Assembly: GCA_964247055.1 (NCBI GenBank)
Contig: OZ176050.1
Span: 5,022,001 to 5,086,000, forward strand
Direction: 5' to 3'
DNA from: Paragordius varius
Lineage: Eukaryota > Animalia > Nematomorpha
Length of the DNA: 64,000 bases
Shown: one piece after another, positions 49,226 to 64,000 of the stretch
Layout of the letters: every line of letters begins with the position of its first letter
How positions within the stretch are numbered: position 1 is the stretch's first letter
Notes under the pieces: model-generated
What the model was told of the DNA's origin: nothing
The model's database searches: none
What the model saw: only the letters and a program-made list of their open reading frames with translations
Position numbers and translations under genes: made by a program

Positions 49226-52200
49226 ATGAATGATAAAATTTATGATAAAAATCAACTACATCACGCTGGACAATCTGTAGTTAGCACCAATAATAATGTA
49301 CATAACATTTCAAGCGAAGAAGATGATATAGGAATGATTAAAACTGTCTCTTCGTGTTCTGCCACTCGAAACGAAAACGATCCCAAATTTATTACTTCTC
49401 TTCCAATCCACGTAAGCCTTTTTCACACAAAAAATTTATAATGATATTATATTACAAGCACAAATATAATGTTTAGTTTGATTTACAAAAGGCTAGTTTT
49501 ATTAAATTTATTTGAAAAAATAATTTATCGCTTATTTTGGTTCGATATTTCCCTGTACTAAACTAGTTTTATTTTTTTATTTATGGATACAATATATCCT
49601 AATTTCTGTCTATATGAATATCTTTGGAAAATTGATTCATACTTCCATAAAAATCCTATTATCATTAAATTTTTTGAAAGCGATATTATGATACTTTGAA
49701 GTCAGTCGACATTTTATTTACTAAAAAATGACTTTTTTAGAATCCTCAAGATCAGACGTCCACTTATCGTTATGAAGTCTCATCAACACCTAATACCCAC
49801 ACCATTAGTCCATCAAACAAAAAACATACTATTGTTAGGAATGATGCTTTAATCTGTGATGAAGATACCATAGAATCTAAGAACTTACCAAGTCCATTGG
49901 AAGGAAACAATAAATTTTGTAGCGTTAACATTAACACCACCATTCAACAACAAAAAAATGGTAGTCATGATGAAAACTACAATAATAATAATAACTCTTT
50001 TGATGATGATAACATTTCTGGGAAATTTGTAAACTCACCTCTGTACTCATCATACAATGAAAGTAGCGATAATGGAAGTACAGAAGGCGAAAACGGCAGC
50101 CAAAAATTTTATCGAATTAAGTCATCTTCCTACAATCAAGATATCATTGGGACTTTTGATGAAAATGTGAACATTAGTAATGCGGAATTCGATACCAAAC
50201 TGAAAAACCTTTTAGAAGTTATTATTTTTTGTTTTTTATAATCTTTTATATTTCAAAACTGTTTAATTCAATGATTGATTGATTTTATTAACATACATAT
50301 ATTTTTTGTGATGTGGTTTTAACTGTCATTCAATCTTTACTAGTATTCATATATATCAATATATATGTCTATTATTATATTACCGATACGTTTTTTACTA
50401 TGGTTGTTTCGATACCCCTTTTAACACGTATTCTAACGTTTTTTGTCTTTTATAATGGACTAATTTTTTGTTTAAAATCTTTAGGAGATGGAAAAAACTA
50501 ACTCAAAACTCACTGCCTTAGAAGAGGAATATAATCGGGCATTTTCCTCTCTGACAGTCAAACAAAAAGAATTTTTGCAAGTCCATCCAATCACAAACAT
50601 TTCAATGCAAGGTAATAAATTACAAAGTGCCCCATTAAATTGTTCCATTCAAACTTCGAATGAAGTCCTTACTAATCCCTATATGAACTCGCAAACAACT
50701 AATAACTCTTCTTCACAATCATTTAATACTACCACTGCCAATAGAGGTATGGAAGATAAATTACATTTGACTTATAGCTCGTCAGAAACCATAATTTATC
50801 CTTCAAATGTTAAGCCTCTCCTATCCAATATGATGGAAAATGGATCTTCTTTGTACACTCATATCCCCACTTTCTCAAATACGTTTCGCCCCAACACTTC
50901 TAATCCCTTTTGCAATGTGGCCCTCATACAAGAGATTTTAAATTTTCAAAGTCAAAGAGATACGATCACCACTCCATTGGATAGCGTATGTTCAGCAAAT
51001 AATGTATTGAATCCGGGAATTAGCAACGTGCTTTCACCATATTCTCCTGTGAATTATACAACACAACAAATGTCAGAAAAAAGTGGTATAAATGCCATTG
51101 AAAACAAACAAAATCCACAAATTTATGTCGTAAAATTTAATTTTGATGCCGAGAATGGGCCTTATAATTCGTTAAACGTGGCTCAACAAAGCTTAGAATG
51201 CAGAGACCGATTTTATTTACCAGTGGGCATGGGGGATTTTGTGGTACCAAAACCGTTTTTAAAACCGATCATAGATGATTTTGTGTACGTCGAAAAGTTA
51301 AGTGATAGCACAAGAGGTTATATACCAAAAAGTCATATAGAACCGATTCCTAACCATCTCATATCGGATTATCTCAAATTATGTCACCTAATTTATATGG
51401 CAAAATCAATAACTCTCCCATCTATCGAAAGTAATGCCGATCGCTACAAAAGTCAACCAAGTACTGAAAACAAAGCAGCAAAATTTGAAAAATCTTTTTC
51501 TGTTGAGGCTGAAACCACAAGCAGTGTTGATTCCTCAAAAATGGTAAATTATGCATCGGACCACCATTCGTACAACCGAAATCAAGAGTTTAATGTGGAA
51601 AATTTCGATAATTATCTCATCGGACAACTAGTCAATGAATATGGTGCAAATCGAATTTTCGAAGATGGTACCACAACTGTGAGAGATGCCTACATTCAAG
51701 GTATTTGTATTTCTTTATTGATGGAAAAATTGAAAAAAAGCTCAATATGTAACTCTATAAAAATAATATTAATTAAAATTTATGGAATATGTATGTTTTA
51801 ATTACAAAAATATACAAATATTGTTGTCTGCTTTAGAAATATCACTAAATTTTTTTACTTTCATTAAAATTCTGATGAAATTTTTATGCTTTTTCTATAG
51901 TCAACTATATGTCACAAATGTATTATATTATAATAGTGAAAAGGTTAAAAAATCAATAATTTCCCATTTAGCAAAAATAAGAGTAAAATAATCTACGGAG
52001 AGATAATAGGTGGTTAAAAATATCGACTTTAAAAATCCATTATCACCTGGCTTCTATTAATACTAATTGGAGTTTATAAATATCTATTGATTCGACAAAT
52101 TAATATATTTAACTTTTTAAAAATAAATGTTGGATTTTTTGCCATTAATCGTGACATATTTTGCTCCATAGAAATTATTAAATTATCCTCTAGAGACAAG

Positions 52201-55200
52201 ATATTAAAATATATAAAAATTTTGAGATTTGGCATCATATAATTAATTATTATATGAATATTGTTTAGGATTATTTAAAATGAAAAATTTATATAGTCCA
52301 ATCAAATGTATGATATTTGTCCTCAAAATTTTAATTTTAGACTTATTGATACTTAAAATTGAAATAAGAAATTGAGTATACTAAACTCAAAGATTATACT
52401 ATTTATTCATTAGTGTCTCCGCCCGTTTGTCTCATCGTTGAAAAAGTGATGAAAAGTAGCGTTTTGATAAGCTGGTGTAAACCAAAAGACACGGGAAATA
52501 GATCCATTCATGGTTATCAGGTTGTGTTAGATGGTGCCATAAAGTACACAATCAAAAAGGATCAAAGAACACGAGCTCTAATTGAAAAAATTGACTTAAA
52601 CCTGGTAAAGATAAAAATTATTTTGTATGAAAATTTTTAAGTTAAATCAATTTTTCCATATAATCCCAGTATCTATATGAAAAATTAATAAAATTCTTGG
52701 ATAATATAAATTAATTTTATTTGATTTTGGAAAAAAATATATAAATGATATATGAAATATTGTTAGGTTTAATTAAAATATTGACCCATAAACAAGTTTA
52801 ATATGGAGTCGCTAAAATAATGTGTTGTAAGTTTTGACAGGTATTATATGAAATGCTGAGTATTTTCTAGTTTTACCCATTTCCAAATTTAAAAGCACAT
52901 GTAAAAACAACTATAAAAAATTGCTTTAATATTTTTTAAGTATCAAAATCCGATTATTTATGAGGAAATAATATATAATATTTTAATTTTCAATTCAGCC
53001 ACATCGAATTTGCATACGTACACTTACAGTCGTTGGGCATTCTAACGATGCTTTATGCACCACTGTCGTGGGTAGAGGTTATATATTATTAAAATTCTCA
53101 AAATTTTTGATATATCCTTTTTAAATTTTAGGCGTTAAAATATTTAAAATGGGAGTAAAAATCGATTAATACTCGTTAAAATAATGACTTTTGGAAAGTA
53201 AATGCAATATTGGAATCTCATGATTTAAATATAACAACATTTAATGTCGAATCTACCACATGTATAATTTCACAATTTTATAAAATTGACCATTAATATT
53301 TTTTATTAATGTTAATAAAGTTTTTTAAATTTAATTTTGGAGATACTAAAAGACTATATTTTTTATAACAAATAATTAAAATCCGCTAATTAAATAATAA
53401 AATTCGAATTAAATATTGCTGTGTAAATTATAATATTATATGGCTTATAGGGTAAAATCATTTAATTCTGGTAAAGGTCTTTATCCTAGGGAAACTATTA
53501 AGCTAGGCCTACACATATTCTGTTAGACTTTGGTTTCAAATCACTTATTTAATAATAAAAAGAATTCGACTTACGTAAAAATAAAAAATGAACATTTCCG
53601 CTCATTTATGGTAACGTTATAAAAACATCGGTCATAATTATTATTTTAAATTTTAATAGATAAATTTTTATAGGTGTTCTATTTAAAATGAATAATCCAG
53701 AAAAAATATTTATCTTTTCAATTACTTTTTTTTCTTTTTCACGTTTACCAACGGTTGCAATATTAATTATTTGGCGAACATATTTTCCAATACAAAAATT
53801 GTATAACAATGTTAAATGTATTATTATCAAGACAACAAGCGATTGATTTGTCCATGTTATCTATCATAATCGTTAAATACACTATCCCCTGTTAAACCAT
53901 CAAAATATCTTTAATAAAAGCTGTTTAAAAACTATGTAATATACATTATTTATGATTAGTGGATAGTATAGCACCGACAAGAATAAAAGTATGCAATGTC
54001 AGCAAAAACTCTTGCCTTATTGTCTGGCTCCCAAGCGATACAAACAATAGACACCTCATTTTTATAAACGACATCCAGGTTACTACGACCCAATCCGGTG
54101 TTGTATATTACAAATTAACGGGTATTTCTTTAATTGAATATTTTGTTTTGTTTTTTTTAAAAAATATTAAGCTTATGTTGTCGTCAACTATGAGAAACAG
54201 TAATAGATCAAGCGCCATTGTTAGCTTAGCAAATGTCATTAAACGATATACATTTTTAATAATACTCTAATATTTATAGTTATTTTTATTATTTGTTAAA
54301 TTAATAAAGCTTTCTCTCCCAAAGTTGCGGTTATTAAATTAATTAATTTAGTCAAGGTTCAAGTTTAGATTTTATAATTTTCGTATTTGCATAAAATTCT
54401 TTTGTTACATAATTATATTTGATCAAAAAACAGTTTTAACTCAAAACACCATAAATTTGAATTTATCAAAAAATTTAACTTTATGGTATATATTTTGGTA
54501 ACGCCACTCAATAGCAACACATTCATCAAAACTTAAAAAAATCCGTCGTTGTCAATTAAGCGAATTCGACTACGATATCAAATAGGCTTTCAAGATATTG
54601 TGTTTTTATAAAAATCAAAAATTTTATATACCGGGTATTCATAAGTCATTACCCATTTAAATAAAAGAAGACATGAGCGAATAGCACGCAGACGATTAAT
54701 CCACAGACCTAATTTTGTTTATCTGACATCAAACTACAAATATCCACATTCATTAATCATGTCGAATTTTGTGCATGATAAAGAACGTTTGCGGCACTCA
54801 TTGCCATCAAAAGAAAAAGGCTGTTCAAAGTCATCATTGATGGTGATCACATATTGTGAACATACTTAATTGATTAAAACATATGAAACATGGTTTTGAA
54901 AATATAAAAGTTGCTTTGGTAGACCATATAACTACGAAGACCATCAAGTGGAGTTATTAGATAATGGCCAAACTTAAACATAACAACAATTGGTAGAAGC
55001 ATTACACGGATAAAAAACTATCAGCAGACCTCTGCGAGCACCGGGAAAGACTCGGTAAATGGTTCCCACACAATTTGAATAAAGGTCAGTTGAATAAAGT
55101 GACTTGTGAAATCCTGCTTCAACGTCTCGAAACGAAATTGATTTTGCATCAGACAGTAACGGGTGATGAGAAATGGCTTTTTTTAATCCCACGGAAAAAA

Positions 55201-58200
55201 TTGTGACTTTTATCTTGTCAAACCGGTCCATCAATACCAAAACTCGCTTCGGCAAGAAAACAATGCTCTGTGTCTGGTGGGATCAGGCAGTATTGTGTAT
55301 TAAGAATTTTTGAAACCCGATGAAACCATTAAAATACATCGTATCACCAACAAATGATAAGTTTCAACCATGCATTAATCGAAAAAACCACCGGAATGAG
55401 CCAGACGACATGACAAAGGTATTTTGCCACTGACAATACTCCGTCACTTTTTACAAAACCAATGAAAGACATCCTGAAATCGCTCGGATGGGAAGTTCAT
55501 TCGCATCCGCTGAACTCTCCTGACTAGGCGCTATCTGACCAATACATCTTCACCACAATGGGGCACACCCTCTCAGATCAGCACTAAAATAATTTCGAAG
55601 ACGATGGAAAATGGCTTAACTAATGATTTTCTACATAACAATAAATTTTTCTGGTAGGCAAAATGTGTAGAAGCTGATGGACAATAAATAAATAAATAAT
55701 TGATATCCTTTCAAAATTTTTATTTTCATCCAAAACCAAATGGTTATTAAAAATTATTTTAACCGTATATATAATTATTGTTACTGTCTATTTTTAGGAT
55801 TAACTCCATCCACGTTGTATAAATTGAAAATTCAAGCCCAAAAACCAGTGTCTGTTCATAGCGAACCACGGGGAAAAAGGAGTCTTTCGGCTTTGGGTGG
55901 CCATCATCAATTCAGCGGTAAACCAATGGATAATATGGGTTCACGCAACAGACAAAATTTATCCATTCAAACGCTCAATCTGGTAGACGACGAATTTGAT
56001 AGATACGATACTGTGAAACGCACAAGTTATCAACATCAGGTTGGTAGATCAACACCGAAAACCACTTACAAAATTATTGAATTCAAAACATTGCCTGGAA
56101 GTAAAATTATTTTTTCACCAAGTTTTGCCTATAAGAGCTGCTGTGTATTATTATATATTTTTTATAAAAGTCTTATTTATTCATCATTATCCAATTTTTG
56201 AGAATATATATATCCAGCCAAACCTCAAGCTGGTATATTACTATTTATATAATCAACACGTGTGTTTTAATTATCCCTAATCTACTATTTCATAGTATGA
56301 TAAAAAAAATGCTTCTTATCGACTAATTATATATTTCGTTACACATAAAACATATCAGTAATTTAATCTATAAATAAAATATGGGGCATGGACTATTTCG
56401 TTTCGATATTAAAGTATAGACCAAACCATTTTATTTTAACTTGTACGAAGGAACACCAAAACCACCAACCAATGTAATTATTGAACCGGGACCTCAAGAT
56501 GGAGCTTTTCTATTAAGTTGGGATCCCATTATTGTTAATGAATCAGCTCCCAATGATAACGAAGATACTTGCTCTCTCGTAACTGGATACATTATTCTGT
56601 TTGACGGAAAACCAATTTTACGCCTTAAGTCGCCTACGGGTTTTACCTTTGAATTGAAAATATACGCTAATATAAGGGTCACTAAAAAACGTATTTATAA
56701 TATAGTTTAGAAGAGGGTCTTTTTTTGGAAAAGTAATTAAATTTTTTTAATATGTGGCCAAAAACAGAAAATTTATACTTTTGAATCATAGAATTCGGCT
56801 ATACCACATATGATTTACTTGCAATAATTGTTTAAAATTTTATCAAATGCTTTCTTTTTAATATATCATTATGTGTGTTTTAATATATATCAGTCGATGC
56901 ATTTTTTTATATTAATTAGAAGATCATATTTTGCTAAATATGGATGTATTTTTACAAAATGAAATCCCAACATTCATTACCATACGGTCTGTGTCAGGAG
57001 AATCCGAAAGTGCAGATAGTTTGCCAGCCCGATTCTTAGAAAGGCCTGAACCGCAATCTCGCCACTTGGAAATGGATTATGGACCAACAACATTACAAAC
57101 AGACGATGTAATTACTTAGTTTGCTAACTGACATTAAAATAAAAAAATTTGAAAAAAAAATTATATTAAAACATCTTTGGCCTTGATGGTAAAAGATGTT
57201 GGATTGAAATTCTTTTGTAATTAATTTAAACAAGTTATAAACGTTGCAAAAACAAAAAAAATGCAAATAATTATAAACTTTAAATATAATTTAGGATCAA
57301 ACAACACCAGTGATATCGGCTGAATATACCAGTCCACCACGACGTAATATTTAGGAAATATATACATTAAAAATTGCAATTTGCAATTAACAATTTTTAT
57401 AAATTATAGCATATTTCATACAACCACCCACTGAATTTCGTGATGCCGTATGGCGCCAACCTGGTAATGGGTGGAAACCACAGGAAGATTTCAATTATTC
57501 TAGATCTCGAACAAAATCTTTCACGGATGTTGATGGTATATACGTTTTGTGTCATATTCTCAAAAACTTTAATACTAATTTTAAATAATTTTTTATAATA
57601 AAATAAATAGGTGGATATCAAACAATGTATGGTGCTACAAGTAACTCAATTAATGAACAACAGCAAATGATGTATGGAACACCATACTATCCCCCTCCAA
57701 GACAAATGATGATGTTTGACAACAACGTAAATAATGCAGGAGCTCCTTCATATAAGTATTACTATTACGCGCCTTCTGATCTTAACAGGGCTTCACAGAA
57801 ACCGTTTAACATGCCCATGGCAGTCGATTATAACGAAAAAAATATAAAGAGACCAGAAGGGTATAATCCATCTGTACCAATAATTTGGGTACAAGCTCTA
57901 TTCACCTATGATCCATTTACAATGTCTCCTAATGATCCAGAATCTGCCAAGGTAAAAATTACTATTCTTTTTAATAATTGTAAGTTTAAATTTTTCGAAA
58001 TATTTATGCAGTAAGTATCTATATTTAAATCAAACGTATTATGGATAGGAGGAATTACCTTTTCGAATTGGGCAAAATATTAGAGTGCTAACACCCCTAG
58101 ATGCAGATGGATTTTTTTGGGGCTCTTTAGATCCTTATTTCCCAGAATTGTTGTCCCCATCTCAATCCAATCCGTATGGTCTGCTCGTTGAGAGTCAAAT

Positions 58201-60616
58201 TAAACAAATAATATTTGGACGAGAGAATGGCACTCTTTTAGGCCGTGTGGTAGGTCTTGTCCCAATCAACATGGTTAATGGCTCTGGTCCGTCGTTTACT
58301 TATCTCTTAAATACAGCACCTCCCCCAGACCAATATAAATCGAATATAGCGCCTATAACGACCAATTATACTAATATTAATACTGAAAATATTCATACAA
58401 TGCTTAAGGATAATAATAATAATGTTAATGTTAAATCTCAATCCACAATAACAACTGATATTCAAAGTAATGGTTACGAAGTGAATCGAGATAATCGAGA
58501 CTCGGTAAAAAATAGTACGGATATAGAAAGAATGCACCCTGAGTTAGGTTTTACCTCTTTTGAAACTGTTGACACTCCACCATCCCGTCCTAAAATGGCT
58601 ACGCAAACAACGAACAAAAGCACGGTCAAAAAATCTGGTATTATAATTTTATTGTTAAAGAATTAAAGACATGCAATTAAAATACTATATGATATTAATA
58701 CATAATAATCTAATAACGATTTCTCAAACTAATTATAGATTCGCCCTCTAGTGGTGTTAATAGGCAACCCTACCAATCACTACAAACTAAGCCACAAGAT
58801 ACTCTAACCGCAAAGCGAGGGAATACAGTTAAAACCATTGTAACGAACAAAAGTTCTGAATCAGAAAGGTTGAGTGCGACTCCGGCATTTACACAAAAAC
58901 CAGAATCGAATGTCCAAAAGTCTATGAACGCACCACAATCTACCAAAAAAACTAAGCCTAAGTAAGAATTATTGTAAAAACATTGATATATAGAAATAAT
59001 GTAACATCCTTCTAGTCTTAAATAAATGACAATTCGATAGATTCCAATGAAACAACTTTGTATATTTGTATTTCAATTGATTAGCGCGGAAAATATTCAA
59101 AGGGAGCGGAAACAAAACGTAATTTCCAATGAAATATTGAATCGCAATGTTGAGAGTGCATCCAAAAATATGGAAAGCAGTAAACCATTTTTTCCCAAAA
59201 ATCGAGAAAGAAGGATGATTGCTCTTTACGATTATGATCCAAAAGTTTTATCACCCAACGTTGATTCTGATGTATATATTTAATAATAGACAACCGTGAA
59301 AGATTTTTTAATCACAATCAGTGTCTCCATTATGGGGTATCCAGGGGGTGCGGTTATGCTTACATTTAATAAGAGCCCATATACTGTAAACTGCAAAATA
59401 TGCCAAAAATATATTTTCCCTTCATTTAAAATATGTGTAAATGATAAGATTAAATTTTTTTGAAGAAATATTATACATATTTGGTAATTTTATTTATATC
59501 TAAATCAGCGGGTGTTCAAGACAAATGGCTTGGCGGGCCCTAATTTCGAATCGAAAAATCCGAAGGGCCGTATTCCCAAAATATATAGGCATTATAGATT
59601 AAACATAAGATTGTAAAAACAACTGCTTTTTTTACATTTTTTCTAGTTCATTGCTAAAATTCGGAAAGATTAATTCACAAAATGTTAAAATCATCAATTT
59701 TACCTAAATTTTGTAAAATTTTATGCATGCAAATTCTCGCGGGCTACCTAAATATTTTAAAAGGCCGCATGCCGCCCGCGTGTTGGCCACCCCTGATCTA
59801 AAATGAAGACTTTAGCAAAATTTTGTGTGTTTATGTATCCAATTTAACAAATTAAATTAGTTTTTAAGACAATGTAAAAATATTTATTAGTTTTGCATTT
59901 AAAGGACAGTAGTAATAAAAATATCATCCTGGCTGTTACTGATGTCAATTGATTCAAATATATAAAATTTGGGATACAATAACCTTTTTATTCTAATTAC
60001 AGTAAAAATCATATAAAGCCAAAACATAAAATCTTAAAGTTAATATATTTTTATACCTTGATTTTTTGGAATATAATTTATAGTTTAGAGATGTGAATTA
60101 TTAACCCATTTTATTATATTCACAGCAATAAATTTCATAAAAAATAGAGGTTTAAAAAATTGATTTCTTATTATAAAATATATGTATTTTACGTTTGGTT
60201 TTTACAATTTTTAATTTTGCTGCAAAAATTTGTTGACATATATTTAGCTCGAACTCTCTTTCAAAACCGGTGATGTAATTATTATAGAGGGGGATTTGGG
60301 TCCAGATGGCTTTTACACGGGCATTTTAAACGGAGTCAAGGGATTTGTTCCGTCAAACTTTTTAAAAGTTTTATTTTTTAGATATTTTTATCTGTATTTA
60401 TATCAAAAAATTTGTCATGTCCATTATTGATATATCATGTTTAATGGTTATTAATCACTTACAATTTTAAAAAAAATACTATTTTATAAAATTGTATATT
60501 TTTACAAATAATATTAAAAATTATTGTTTATATTATTATAATTTTTTATTTTAATTAAGGAATTACCACCATTGCCAGAAGATGATGGGATACCACTGCC
60601 AAGATTCAAAAAATAA
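49226..60616 (+). CDS. RIMBP2: RIMS-binding protein (SH3 - 3xFN3 - SH3 - SH3); 17 exons, ~1,560 aa; extra 5' exons possible
   Basis: Exons: 49226-49411, 49741-50217, 50485-51700, 52414-52604, 52999-53077, 53960-54121, 55798-56100, 56451-56639, 56920-57107, 57295-57343, 57410-57535, 57611-57951, 58049-58637, 58739-58961, 59085-59271, 60248-60367, 60560-60616. Sum 4683 nt. Motifs: ALFTYDPFTMSPNDPESAKEELPFRIGQ..DADGFFWG; ALYDYDPKVLSPNVDSDLELSFKTGDVI..DGFYTG..GFVPSNFL; FN3 SVLISWCKP..IHGYQVVLDG; PHRICIRT; EFKTLP. Confidence 0.9.
54631..55765 (+). mobile_element. Decayed mariner (Tc1/mariner) element in a RIMBP intron
   Basis: TA-flanked, degenerate TIRs. Transposase remnants GKWFPHNL, VTGDEKW, GKKTMLCVWWDQ, LGWEVHSHPLNSPD*ALSD (YSPDLAPSD-like). 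Contains stops and frameshifts. Confidence 0.9.
59506..59795. mobile_element. hAT MITE family A (reverse orientation)
   Basis: CAGCGGGTGTTCAAGACAAATGG... / ...CGTGTTGGCCACCCCTG. Flanks ATCTAAAT / ATCTAAAA (7/8). Confidence 0.8.
60000..60222. mobile_element. Degenerate palindromic MITE related to 12829-13106
   Basis: TACAGTAAAAATCATATAAAGCCAAAACATAAAAT start; weak inverted right end. Confidence 0.45.
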
Positions 60617-61138
60617 ATTATATATTTAATTTTTTATGCAAACTTTGAGTATATATGTATTTAAATATTCGGACATTATTTATATATACTATTAGCATTG
60701 AAAAACACCTGATCACTTTGTAAACCACACCTATTTTTTTATAAGTATATTTATTATATAACATATGCATTCTAATAAATAATACATAATTTAATCATTT
60801 TTACCTTGACGTATGGTACAAAATTACGTAACGTCGTAATCAAACATTATTCCTGATACTTTAACATTATGTTTTTCATAGATATCTATTTATATACCAT
60901 ACGCTACGAAATACTTAACAAATAACGGAATAAAACTTGTGTTTAACATAGTTAACGCATCTGGCTGAGTTGTTTATTGAAAAAGTTATTGTTAAACATA
61001 AATATAAATCAAATGACTGTTTATATTTTAGTTTCATATGTATTTTTTACCTTATAATACTTTTAATTTAAATCAAGGCCACTATAAGTTGTTGTCAAAC
61101 CTTTTTATAATCTCTAATTTTCGCGGACCGAATCATAT

Positions 61139-63768
<2,630 letters not shown>

Positions 63769-64000
63769 GTATATAAACTGAAAAATTGTTGATCCTTTCC
63801 CATTTTTTTATCCTTTTTGTTAAAGTGTATCATTTTAATAATGGTTCCATTAAAATGGTCTTTTTAACACTTATCTGCACAGGCCTGACAACGTCTAGGT
63901 TATATGAAATATAAAAATAATTTGAATCAAATTTTCAAATAATAGTCTGTGCACATTCCTTATTTGGGATCTTTCAATTTTTTGAACTCTAAATCTTGTG

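Overview
This is eukaryotic (animal) genomic DNA, very AT-rich and intron-containing; nothing prokaryotic or CRISPR-like is present. Splicing by hand at GT..AG boundaries gave these gene models. (+) An EGF-like repeat gene entering from the left edge, exons 268-7556. (+) A catalytically dead trypsin-family protease homologue, ~9872-12794. (-) SGSM/RUTBC (RUN + TBC Rab-GAP), 26 exons, ~2,090 aa, 33260-13900. A compact cluster of UQCC2(+), an orphan ORF(-), SLBP(-) and LSm1(+) at 40965-44003. (+) RIM-binding protein, 17 exons, ~1,560 aa, 49226-60616. (+) HPD/HPPD, starting at 61139 and running off the right edge. Introns and intergenic DNA carry a decayed 2.46-kb hAT transposon, a decayed mariner, hAT MITEs with 8-bp TSDs, five copies of a TTAA-flanked piggyBac-like MITE, and long fold-back elements. 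Three observations stand out. (1) An apparently intact minimal type-I hammerhead ribozyme (40412-40452) sits in a 450-bp partial-tandem unit with an inverted arm, resembling a retrozyme or Penelope pseudo-LTR, and there are two decayed copies elsewhere. (2) At least 14 spliceosomal introns are only 22-30 nt long, alongside ~60-90 nt and multi-kb introns. (3) SLBP and LSm1, both histone-mRNA 3'-end factors, lie head-to-head with ~67 bp between start codons. Gene names come from motif recognition against remembered vertebrate sequences; no database search was run and the species cannot be determined from this window.
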